Positions 50,432-62,254 of a stretch of DNA of 64,000 nt are shown here, in pieces; positions within the stretch are counted from its first letter, which is position 1, and every line of letters begins with the position of its first letter. The stretch is from contig CM075993.1 in the NCBI GenBank assembly GCA_038087875.1, forward strand, positions 11,534,001-11,598,000, written 5' to 3'. The DNA comes from Malacoraja senta (taxonomy: Eukaryota). Under the pieces are notes generated by a model that was not told the DNA's origin, searched no databases, and saw only the letters and a program-made list of their open reading frames with translations. Both the position numbers and the translations under genes were made by a program.

Positions 50432-50542
50432 CCTAACGATTAAACACCCGTTTGTACAATTCCCATTTAATAACTATTTGGACCATGGGCTTCAATGCCT
50501 TAGCGATTCAAGCCTCACCTTAAAACATAAATATTGTGAGAG
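50432..50542 (-). repeat. 111-bp inverted copy of 49128-49238
   Basis: 110/111 identity to the reverse complement by manual alignment. Confidence 0.95.
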
Positions 50543-50774
50543 GGTGGTGGTGGAGAATTGTTTTTCAGGCCGGAAGCCTATAACAAATAATGTGCCACAG
50601 GATCACTGTTAGTTCAACTAGTTGTTTGTTATTTATATGAACTATTTGAATGTGAATGTAGATGGCATAGTTAGTAGGTTTGCAGATGACACAAAAAACT
50701 GTAGCACAGTGGACAATTAAGCATCTTATCTATGATCACAATGCAATCTTGATCAACTGGTAATATTTTTGTCC

Positions 50775-51150
50775 TGGTTACCCTTTTATTTTTAATGCAT
50801 GTATAAAAGACTCGGCATTTTCCTTAATCCAACTCATCAAAGACACATCATGATCCCATTTGGTTCTTCTAATTGCCCACTTGAGTTCATTCCTGCTTGC
50901 TTTATATTCCATAAAGGCTCTGTCTGATTTCATCTTTCTAAAGCTTACATGTGCTTCCTTTTTCTTTTTGACCAAATTTACAATCACTTTGATCATCCAA
51001 GGTTCCCTTAACTTGCCATCATTATTCTTCCTCCTTACTGCAACATGCCGGTCCTGAACTCTGATGATCAGGCATTTAAACAACAGCCCCATGTTGGGCG
51101 TGGCCTTCCCCAATAATAACTGTTCCCAGTTTACTTTCCTTATTCCTGCT
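50775..51150 (-). mobile_element. Old CR1 ORF2 fragment
   Basis: KVNWEQLL...PWMIK...KKKKEA linker region. Confidence 0.7.
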
Positions 51151-52721
51151 AGTACACCGGGTGGTGCCAGCAATGTCTGCCTCGCCATCAGTCTGTCTGT
51201 CCTTTCCATCTTTGTGTTTTAATTGTATGCGTTAAATGTATGTTTTCAGTGTTCTTTAGCTTGATTTATGTGGGAGGTGGGTTTGGGGGTTGAGGGAAAA
51301 AAGGAAAGTGCAGATCCCCTTGTGTAGCACAGGAGTAATCTACAGTATGTATATCCATGTGCTCCAGAGATGCTGTCTGACCCACTTCGTTACTTCAGCA
51401 CTTTGTATCTTTTTATCATTAAAACATTCACAATAGTGTTGTCATTTTGCTACAGACTCTTATTCTTTTTTAGTATTCTGGTTCCTTCAACAACTTACAG
51501 AAATTTGGAGGAGACAAAATATTCTCCAAGGAGTTTCAAATGATTTGCAAGATGGAGCACCCTTGCATTTTTACACAATTCTAGATTACCCTAAAAGTTA
51601 TTTTTTCATCTTAAAAGTCTCTAGACCACAGTCTATCTTTAACATAGTTTGACATTTTACTGTGACTTTTAGACAAACCAGGGGTTTCACTCCTCCCAGC
51701 AGGAGGCAAAGATCACTACAGGGTCATGTGGAATGCAGCTCATAACAAACCTTAAATCTTTCCCAGCCAAATACTACATGGCTCCTCGGAAGAGGTCAGG
51801 ACAGTCAAATTATGAAATCACTGTTCCAGTGCACTGATGATCTACTCTATGGCACAACAGTGCATGGTTGTTGACTGGAATCAGGAGTCATGTGGCTGGT
51901 AGCCATTCTCCAGTTTGACAAAATGGATAAATATTAAAGATTGCAAAATGGAGAATTTTACATCACTTCTTTCTGGAAACGGGATGATGATGCATTCATT
52001 ATTGTCACACCAGCTGCATATTCAGGAAGTGAAAATCCTCCTGGTTGTGATACATCTTAGAGTTCACACGTGGAACCTCTAACCTTAGTGTTGCAGACAG
52101 ATCCAGCCCAGAAACAGGCCTTTCAGCCCATTGAGTCCATGAAGACAATGGTCCACTCATGCACACTAATAGTAAGATTAAATGAGAACTTACCAGTTTG
52201 AAGTTTGATCTTTATTTTATGAGGAGTTACGTTGGTGATTACGTGAAGAAGACCCGTCACGATGCATGCGCGTCAATCTTCAAAGCAGCGGTATGAAATC
52301 ACAGACAACACCATAATTGAAGTAACATATTAAGATGATCAACATGAGAACTACCATTATGATATTTTTTCTATGAGAGAGGGTTGGGCGTGGCGGGCAC
52401 GTAATCACCAACGTAACTCCTCATAAAATAAAGATCAAACTTCAAACTGGTAAGTTCTCGTTTAATCTTACTATTTTACTTCGGAGTCACGTGAGTGACT
52501 ACGTGAAGATTTTAAAGCTCTGTGATTTTTATGCCGCAGATCAAAATCCAGGCTTCTCACTGCATCGATTGACTCTGAGTATCATCAATAATGCTGTAAA
52601 CATGACATTGCATATCATGCAAAAACAAAACAGTTTTATTTTTGGTCATAAAACAACCAATAAACCCTCTTAATGTAGGGGCAACAAACGAAACAGAATT
52701 AAACAGTATTGAAAACAGACT

Positions 52722-53696
52722 TTAAACAATAGCAACAGCACTCAATATTGAGTTGGCAAACAGCCCTCCATCGGCAATCGGCCAATGGTAGTATTGCTGA
52801 AACACAAGTTCATTTTTCCAACCTGCAGCTTTTAATATATGGTCGATGGGAACGTCCATCGCCCTGGCCGCGGATGTTGCTACTGCGCTAGAGGAATGAG
52901 ATGTAAACACATAAATGTTAATTCCTGCCTGAACCAACTCTTGCTTTAACCACCTTGAGATAGTCTGAACTGCCACTCTTTTATGTTGGCTTCTTGTAAC
53001 TGACAAATAATCCTGTTTCTTCTTGTCTTAAAGCCCTTGTGGCTTCAATGTAATGTAACAAATGTGTCCTTACACATAAACATGGAGCTGTAGGATATGC
53101 TGAGAACACAATCTTAAATCCTGTCACACCTGGCCTGCTTTGTTTGAGCAGGTCATAAATATAAAACAGAACATTCTCTGTAGTCACTTCCATTCCAGCT
53201 AACTGAAGGTTTTGCAAAGTCTGCACTCTCTGTACTGACACCAATGCCATTAGCATAGTCAATTTCATGGTTAATTTTAACAAAGTTATAGACGTGACAG
53301 GGACCCAATGACGAAGCATGTTAAGAACAATGCTTACATCGCAGATTACCATATACCTAGGCTTAGGCGGTTTGGAATTAAAGATTCCTTTCATCAACCT
53401 AGATATGAGAGGGTGAGAACCTATACTTTGTGTCCGTGTACCTATTACAAGACATGCCGACAAAGCACTTCTAGCTGTATTGATAGCAGTATAGCTAAGA
53501 CCCTCATCATAATAAAGTGTAGATAAAACTCTAACACATTTTCAATAACTACAGTATCATATTGAATATTCTTTTGAACACCATATTGTTCCCAATTTTT
53601 TACATAAGTCATATACTGCTTTTGAGTACTCTTTCTCCAGGCTGCAGTGAGTATATCCACTGTTGGCCTAGAAAGTCCTCGACCAATGTAAGGCAT
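52722..53696 (-). pseudogene. DIRS tyrosine recombinase (frameshifted)
   Basis: WRKSTQKQY N-domain; LMALVSVQRVQTL; LKQSRP; HSSSAVATS (HxxR with Arg lost); ILKAAGW...FQQYY. Confidence 0.9.
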
Positions 53697-53778
53697 TCTT
53701 AAAAACCTGCAAATTAACAGATCAATACGATCACATAACGGATGAACTTAACGCGTTACTGGATGCTCCAGCAAATTC

Positions 53779-55290
53779 CTACTGTTTGGAATCAGCAAAA
53801 GGAGGTTGGATCGTTATCTGTAACATCAAAGGGAACCATGGTTGAATCAGGCAATTTGGTATCACCAAAACCCCTGAAGCGGCATCCTGCTTGATTTTCC
53901 TCAAACACCGACCTATGAGGCAGAATGGTGGGAAAATGTACACAAACATATCATCCCAATTTAGTGAAAAAGCATCAATTGCCACTGCCCCTGGATCTGG
54001 TGCCCATGAAACATATTTTGGCCTTCCATATAGAAGTACTATGTTCTTGAACACATCCTGGTTCAACATCCACTCTGTATTATCATGGAATTTTCGTGAC
54101 CTGCCATCTGGTACTACATTCAGTTTCCCTGGCAGATAGATAGCTCCAATCCAAATATCTCTATCCATACTCCAGGTCCAATTTTATTTGCCAACCTGTC
54201 ACATGATAACAATTTGATTCCACCCATGTGATTCATATCAGCAACTGCTGTAGTGTTGTCTATTTTGCACTGCACATGCAAACTAGTTTTGTTAGTGCCA
54301 TAAGCCTTGAGTCCATAAAATACTCTTGGTTAATTCCCCATGTTTGCAGAAGCAATGTCCATCTGTCTCCACTGCTGGATCTTGTATCAGTAGCACCCTA
54401 CCCAAGTGCTCTGACATCTGTCTGCAAAATCATGGAAGGTTGGTCCAATAACACTTTGGAACTACTAGTGGACACATGCTGAATCCACCATTGTACATCA
54501 GCAACAGCCTCTATTGATAGAAGCATAGGTCTATTATAATGACCCCAATGTATCCTCAGTGCTTGTTCCTTTGACCTTTGTAATTGTAGATAATAAAGAG
54601 GCCACTATTGAACTTCTGGAAATGCTGCCAGCAATTTCCCCAGCAGACTTGTCACCTGGCTAATTGAAGGCTGTGTGTCAGCAATTAACTTGATACAGCT
54701 CTTAATTAGCTCTACCCTTTTTTGCCTGGGCAAGGTCACAATCATGTTGATTAAGTCTATTGTGAACCCAACTAGTAAATTTGTGTCACAGGTATTAATT
54801 TAGATTTCTCTGGATAGCTTATGAAGCCCAATTTATTAAAAGTGGTTTTTACCAACTGCCAATGATGCTTCAGCTGCTTCCTTTGATTGTCCTACAATCA
54901 AAATATTATCTAGTTAAGCCATAAGCACATGCCCTTGACTTCTCATCATGCCTAGAATAGGTTTTAACAACTTTGTAATCACTCTAGGAGCTGAAGACAA
55001 ACCATTAGGCAGTGCATTGTATTGCCATAATTGCCCCATCCAGCTGAATTTTAAATCTTCTATCCTGCAAATGAACAGACACTGAATCCGCATTTTTAAG
55101 ATCTCCTTCACAAACGTTTCCATCTATACCGTACAAAAGGGTTAAGCCTATTCATGTGCTGTATAATTCTGCATCCCCCATCCTTTTTTGGTCTGGGAAA
55201 GATATTGGACACAAACTGATGGCTTTGGTAAACTGCCTTAGCAATTACACCTTTATTACATAAGCTTGCAAGTTCCACCTGAACTTCCAA
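53779..55290 (-). pseudogene. DIRS RT / RNase H / methyltransferase-like ORF (frameshifted)
   Basis: FVSNIFPRPKKDGGCRII, LPNGLSSAPR, LDNILI (YLDD remnant), YLPGKLNVVPD and DAFSLNW...YIFPPF. Confidence 0.88.
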
Positions 55291-55591
55291 TTGTTCAGTG
55301 ATACTGAAGTCAAACTCCTTTTTGGAACATGTTGCATGGGTAAATCAGAATTTGCATTAAGCTTTATTCGAAACCCTTCAATAACCTTCAGTATAAACAT
55401 ATCTGAGGTATCACATTAGATCTGTCTACATGAGAACCAGACCCACTTACCACCTGGCATTCTTCCCCGGCCTCGAGCTGGATATCTCACCTTCCCTGGT
55501 GCTGCTACAGCCGAACGCCAACTGCGCTGCATCGTAGCTGGACTCGTCCGTTGCCCGGACCAGTCTCCTGGCTTATAGGGATACTTCCACT

Positions 55592-56690
55592 TTAGTGGAT
55601 ATGTGGCTGCCTAATCAAGCCCACCGTCTTGGCCTCCTCCACCAGCTCCTTCACCTGCTTTGCGAAATCCTCGCCAAACAGATTTGCCGGTTGCACTGTG
55701 CCAGGCTGGCAGAGTGAAGCATATTTAGGGTAGATGGTTGGTCTAAGCGCAGTCTTGCGAAGGCAGTTGATCTCAGTGCCACAATAGCGCCACACCTTTC
55801 GTTGTAATTTTGTCATGGCCTCTCCATCCACCATCCTGGCAAAGCTCGTTATGCCAGATGCCAGCAACTTAAAAAAAAAATGGAGCTTCACCTCCTCCTG
55901 GGCTCTCATTAGTATGCCCATCTTGCCCCAAATCTTCCTGTTCCCAACTGGAACCTTTAACAGGCCACAGTTGATTGGGGCTTCATGCTTCCTTACTGTC
56001 TCATCCATTGTCAGCTCCTGTAGCTGATGTGAGACTTGGTAATTTATGCTGGTGGCAAGTTCCTCACCCAGAGGCTCACCAGCGTCGGACGACATGGCAA
56101 ACCGTGCTGCACACGGTGTCAGCTCTGGCCGCTGCCTGCCCTCCCTTTGGAAGTCGTCGTCAGACTCAGGGTCAGAGCGTATCTGCCCTTCTGCACTCAC
56201 CTCTTGCAAAGAGGGTGCTTTCAAACAGGCCTCTACTAGGCACTGCCGGCGGAGCCTTCCCGACGGCCTCCCGCCCACACAACTCCTCCTGGAGTATGGC
56301 TTTGTGGAGCAGGCCTCTCCTAGGCACTGCCGGCGGAGCCTTCCCTACAGCCTCCCGCCTGCACAACTCCTCCTGGAGTGTGGCTTTGTGGAGCAGCCCC
56401 TGTATGAGCTGCTCCTTTTGGATAACCGCTGGGGCACGGTATCCTGTCGCCGACGGGACTCTCCTGGCCCGACTCTGCGGAGTCAATGGCCCTGACAGAC
56501 TTGGCTTATGCCTACCGCCCGACTGGCGTTGGCTGTGTACCCGGCTGGGCACTTTGCCAAGTCTGTCGCCGCACCGCTACCGGCTTGCGACTCCCCAGAG
56601 GTGACAGGCTGCCTTTCAGAGACTGCGCTCCCGCAGCTCTCTCTCTCCTTGTCCGTAGCAGGCCTGCACCTTGATGATTTTTTCCTTGTT
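55592..56690 (-). pseudogene. DIRS ORF1 (gag-like), frameshifted, with 84-bp tandem duplication
   Basis: P.NC..LKVP...IW and LFGEDFAKQVKE motifs; position upstream of RT. Confidence 0.7.
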
Positions 56691-57219
56691 CCTGTATTGT
56701 GGGGAAAAACATACAGCAATAATTTTACTTTTATCTAACTCCTCCAAAGTCTCCCTGACTTTGGTGGAGCTGTAACTACTCACCTGCAGGAGGAGCTCCG
56801 TCCTCCTGCTGCCGGGCGCCAATGCGTCAGACGTAATTACGCGCATGCGCCCTGACGGGTCTTCTTCACGTAGTCACTCACGTGACTCCGAAGTAAAATC
56901 CTATATTAATCACATTGTTATTCGTAGCATTCTCATCAATTCACATTGATTCTATGAATCCCCCTACACCCCAAGGGCAATTTCAGTTGCCAGTTAGCCA
57001 ACTGATATCTTTGGGGATGTGGAAGGAAACCAGAGTATCCAGAGGAAACCCCTGCAATATGAATGCCATCAGTGTCAAGGAAGTCTGCAATCCAAGTGCA
57101 GTTGCCTGGCACTGTTTAGGTTGCTGCTCCCCTCATCATCCTTCTTCCCCTCCTCATGCGTATCCTGTTCAGCTGCCCGTCATACCGCTACACCTCTGGA
57201 TAGAAGGAATGGGTGATGC

Positions 57220-57550
57220 TTCAGGCAGAGATGTCCCCCCATTCCCACAATGACTTTTCTGTCCTAGGCCTTATCTCTATTGTCAGAGTGAGGCTAAATG
57301 CAAATTGGAGGAACAGCACCTCATATTTTGCTTGGGCATCTTTCAACCCAATGGTATAAATATTGACTGGAGAGAAGGAAAGGGTGACGTTTTGGATCGA
57401 GACCCTTCTTCAGTCTGAAGTCTGAAGAAGGGTCTCGACCTGAAACATCACCCTTTCCTTCTCTCCAGAGATGCTGCCTATCCCGTGAGTTACTCCAGCA
57501 TTTTGTATCTATCTTTGGTTTAAACCAGCGTCTGTTCTTCCTTCCTACAC
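57220..57550 (+). mobile_element. Penelope-like fragment with head-to-head pLTR-like ends
   Basis: KLEEQHLIFCLG..QPNG motif; inverted arms at 57367-57413 and 57422-57468. Confidence 0.8.
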
Positions 57551-58499
57551 ATTGTAACTAAGTTACTTCCTCAAGGTCATTAAAGTAGTGGATTTGGATT
57601 TGATTTTTAACTTTAATTGGCTAGAAATACCATTTGACCATTTTTCTATCTACAAGTGTAAAAACCAAAAATTTAGAACGTATAGAAATCCGTTAATGTG
57701 GATTTTCTACCTCAGCTCCATTTTTCTGCAGTATCCCATGTCCTTTAATTTTCTTACCATCCATCACTATTTTGAGATATCTCCATCAAATTAGAAATTA
57801 ATCCCTATTTGTTCATCTCTATTTTGATAGAATTCAGTAACCAAGACCCCATTGCTGCAGTGAGGTCAATTCTAAATATTCCAGACTTTCTCCATGAAAA
57901 ACTCCCCTGAAACCTAAATGTTCACTTAATCTGAGACTGCTACTCCGTTATTGACTCCTCGGCCAGGGGAATCAACAGTTTTGCATGAACACTATTGAGC
58001 CCTGCAAAAAATTTATAATTTCAACGAATTTCATCCTACACAACTCTGAGGAACAAAGACCACCACTTAGTCAGGGAGAAACCTGCATTGCCTGGAACAA
58101 ATGAGATGAGTCTGCTACATTCTTTCCATGATAAGTTCTTCATGCAAGAAGATCAAAATTGTACACTATACACCAGATACTGCCTCATCAAGGCATGATC
58201 CAATTGTTTAATTCCTGTTCAGAGCCTCAGCGGTTACTCTAATCATTAATGCCTGTATCACCAGCTGTGGAAACCATCAGATAATGTAAGCCAAGGAAGA
58301 TTTTGCAAGGACTAAGCTCTATGGGGAACTCAGTGTCACAACAGAGGACCCTGCAAGTGCCCGCGGATCTAGGAGTAATTACTAGCAGACATTTGGTAGA
58401 TTTAATCCATTGCTTGCATGATTCCCAACTGAACAAATAGTGTCAGAAGAGAACACAGTGAAAATAAAATTGGCTTGATTCCAAACGTTCTGGGTTTGG

Positions 58500-59100
58500 A
58501 ATTGTGGAGAAGTGCAGAACCACAGGTGAGAACATGATTGAAGATCAACATGGCCCATTGCCAGTGCAAAGTTACATTGTCAGACAGACCAATTAACAAA
58601 GGAAAGAAAATGTTTCAGCCAACAAATTAAACTGCTGACATAATTTAAAGAATCTGCCGTGAAGCAACAAATTCCACACACTTGACTAAAATGAGTTACA
58701 CAGTGAAGTAACTACTTATGACAGTTCATTTAGATCTTGCAGTTAATTGATAGAAGATCAACTAATTTAAAGAGTCATGTACATTCTGTTATGCAAATGA
58801 AATTATTACTATATAAAACAATTGAATGTCACATCTGTAGCATTAGTTGTGACTGCAAACATAGCAATTCAATTTAAATCATGCACAAACATCTCCCTAT
58901 CATGAACTCATTATGTCATTCACAATTAATAGGTTTCAGAATCGTGCAAAACCATCAATTTCATTACTTGTGTAAACTGCAGGCAATTAACAGAACCCCC
59001 AACAACTTTTTCTCAGTTACAGCAATTAATCTAATTGCTTAAACCATTGAAATAATCAAATCACTGTGATCCTAACTAGGATCCAGTGGCTTATTACTGA
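58500..59100. promoter_or_regulatory. Candidate enhancer / conserved non-coding element
   Basis: No recognisable repeat; dense TAAT/ATTA sites; octamer ATGCAAAT at 58791-58798; palindrome AGCAATTA-atc-TAATTGCT at 59021-59039. Confidence 0.35.
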
Positions 59101-61429
59101 TCCACACAAGTGAAGCCTTTAAAAAAAATCATTTTTACTATTGCCTTGTTATGTTTTGTCATTCTAATTAGTTTGATTGAGACAATGCTAGGTTGTGGTG
59201 AATATTCACAGCAGTTTTACTGGAAGTTGTAATTCAGCAGGAAATGCTTTTGTGCAAAATTCATTTTATAACTGAAGGGAAGAAATAAATGAACCACCTA
59301 ACTTTTAAATCATGAGCACTGTTCCAAACAATCCAGCTAAAATGTTATATACTACTTGTCAGCATATACCTGGTGAAGGAAACCTGATATAATAAGTGAC
59401 AAGAGGTGAAGCATTGATTATGTTTTTAGCTCCATGAATAAATAAAAACACATGAGTTATGCACTTTTTTAAATTAGTGAAGTAAAATTGACATCCCACA
59501 GTTCATCGTACTTAATTTGGATTCTGATTAACGTTGCAAATAGTGTAACATCAAATTTCTGTTGAAGAAAATAATTATATCTTAAAGCTAAATATAGACT
59601 TGTTCACATGGCACAGAAATTATGTTCCCAAACACTCCCAAAATTAGTTCAGCTATTCTTGCAACCAAAATAATAGGGCATTTATTGTCCACCTGCTTCA
59701 TCATTTTCATCTGCGGAGGGCGGTTCCTGAACCTGAAACCTTTGGTTTTAGCTCTGCCTGTTACAAGTTTCAAAGAAGCTTGTAAACACTCTATTAGCCT
59801 CCCCCCATCCCATTGAAACAAAGGGCAGACTGTTGATGGCTGGAGGATTACCGTCAGATACAAATAGGTGGAGTATATGTGTCATTTTGGCTTTGCAGAC
59901 ACCACTTGATTTAGGAATACTTGGTTTCCAATAGTTTTGCAATTGACTCTTCAGGCTCGGTGTCCTCAGTTTATAGATCCAGTTTTTGCTCTGTACTGCA
60001 CCAAAATAATGTATTTTGCCCATCCTGATGGATTTATGAAATTTCACTTCTTGAAAGGATTTCCAGAAATCCAGACCTATCGTCAGTAGGCGAGCAGTAA
60101 GTCTTCCAGTTATTGCTGAAAGTTGGCCGGGTGACAACCCAGATGGAGATGCATGTATATTCTAATAAATTGCCCAGCAAAATGTCCCAAGCTACTTCGT
60201 TCACCCCCCCCCCCCCCCCACTCCCCAGCCTGAGACTTCTGGTTTCTCTGAACATAACCTCTTACACACTAACCCATTCCAGCACAAACTTTGTGTGGAA
60301 TCTGGGTCATCTTATTGACTTCCCAATAATTGTCAAACAGAAATTCCAGTAAATCCCCCTGTTCATTTGATACAGTTTTCATTATTACATCAAATATTTA
60401 GAGATTCACGAGCTCCATTTCCGAAGCATTGAAATAGTGTTACGCAATGCAGCCATACTGAATTAGCTTATGTATTCAGATTGCAATCTTCAATCATGTT
60501 CCCAGTGCAACGTGGTGAGTTATTTATTTTCCCGTAGAGCTTCTGGATGTGGGAAGCAGCACATCATCTGTTACTTCCAGCTTAAACTCCTTGCGATTAC
60601 CAGCACTTCCACATACATAATAATCACACCAGGGCTTTGGCCCTTAAAGGGATCCTTTATTCTTCTAGCATAAATGCAGTGATGGATTTAATTGCTGATG
60701 TGGAAGGGCAAGTGGCTGGAAATTGGTAAGAGTATGCCCCATGCCAATTGACAGAAAGTTTGACATACAGGTGGAGGAAATCTGCACCAGGAGAGAAGTG
60801 CTTTTTGGAGATGGCCCACAAGGCCCATCACAGGGTATGATAAGGAGAGTCTGGTAGGAGGTGCCAAAAGAGCTATCTCCAGGATCAACACCCTGTAAAA
60901 TGTGGAGCAATGTCATATAAAAGATCATGAGCCTATTCAATCTTCTGTTTCCTCCTCAAAGGCCCTACTTTTAGTGCCCACACTCAGGTTCACATCATAC
61001 ATGCATCCAGTAAGGTGAGAATTGGTGGAGATTATTATCAGCCACAAGCAATGAGGAATCACAGGCTGGGCAACCAGACAGGAGGGACTCCCTCACATTC
61101 GATCCTTTACCACGTTGGAAGAGAAGGTTTTTCTCCTAACAGTCATGATAAACTTAGGCACATGCATGGTGGAGAAAGTAATTCATCTTCACAGTAAACA
61201 TATGTGATGTTATCTCATGCTTGTATGACAACACAGGAGGAGTCCATTTGGCCCAGCCATCATTGCCCATTTTGCTTTCAGATGATATTAACCCAATAAT
61301 TCCATCAAGAATATCTCATAGCTCATTTTATCAGGAATAATATGCAATGTTTCTTAACAGCAAGACAGATATCTATCTGTGAGAATAAGGCAATGTTATT
61401 TTTACCATGAGAACCAACAATAACCAAGC

Positions 61430-62215
61430 AATGTCAGCAAGATGAAGGAGCTAATTATCGACTTCAGGAAGCATGGTGGAGTACATGCCCGAATCAGCAT
61501 CAATGATGCCAAATTGGAAATGATTGAGAGCTTTGAATTCTTTGGTATCAATATCGTCAATGATCTGTCAATGACAAACCACATTGAAGCAACAGCCATG
61601 AAGGCACACCAATGGCTTTACTTCATCAGGAAACTAAAGAAACTCAGCATGTCTCGAATGACTCTTACAAACTATGATGCATAGTTTCTATGGATGCACC
61701 ATAGAAAGTGTACTGTCGGATTGCATCAACTTTTGGTTTGGGAAAATCTCTGCCCAAGACAAGCACGATATTGCAGAGAGTTGTGGATGAGGCTCAGTCC
61801 TTCACATGCACACAGACTTCCCGTTATTGACTCCATCTACACTACCTGCTGCCTCTGAAAAGCAGAAAACATAATCTGCTCCCTGATCCTGTCAGGCAGA
61901 AGATACAAAAGCTTGCAAACATGCTCCACCAGACTCAGAACAACGTTTTCCACTCTGTTATCAGGCATTAGAATGGACATCAGCTAGGGTGCTATTCAAT
62001 TCACCTCTATCCCATTGCAGACATTGGTCTTTGTCTGTGGAACTGGGGTGCTACAATGCTGAGATCTATATTCTGCACGTATTTTTCACTTTGTTCCACT
62101 TATTGTACTTGAGATTGGCTTGATTATATTTATGTACTTGATTTCATTGGATAGCATGCAAAACAAAATTATTCACTGTACCTCAGTACATATGACTATA
62201 ATAAACCTAAACCTA
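61430..62215 (+). mobile_element. Old Rex1/Babar-type LINE 3' fragment
   Basis: KELIIDFRK...FEFFGI...KAHQWLYFIRKL. Confidence 0.82.
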
Positions 62216-62254
62216 GACCAAAGTAAAGGGGAGATACAAGAAACTACAGTAAAA

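Larger units (their letters stand above)
52168..56899 (-). mobile_element. DIRS1-type tyrosine-recombinase retrotransposon with complete termini and decayed ORFs
   Basis: Inverted terminal repeats; ICR at 52398-52509 complementary to both ends; gag-RT/RH-MT-YR order; ATT at both junctions. Confidence 0.95.

Noticed and set aside
59588..60940. ORFs in the unique island, including a possible mini-exon VQEPPSADENDEA
   Set aside because: No recognisable protein similarity and weak splice signals.
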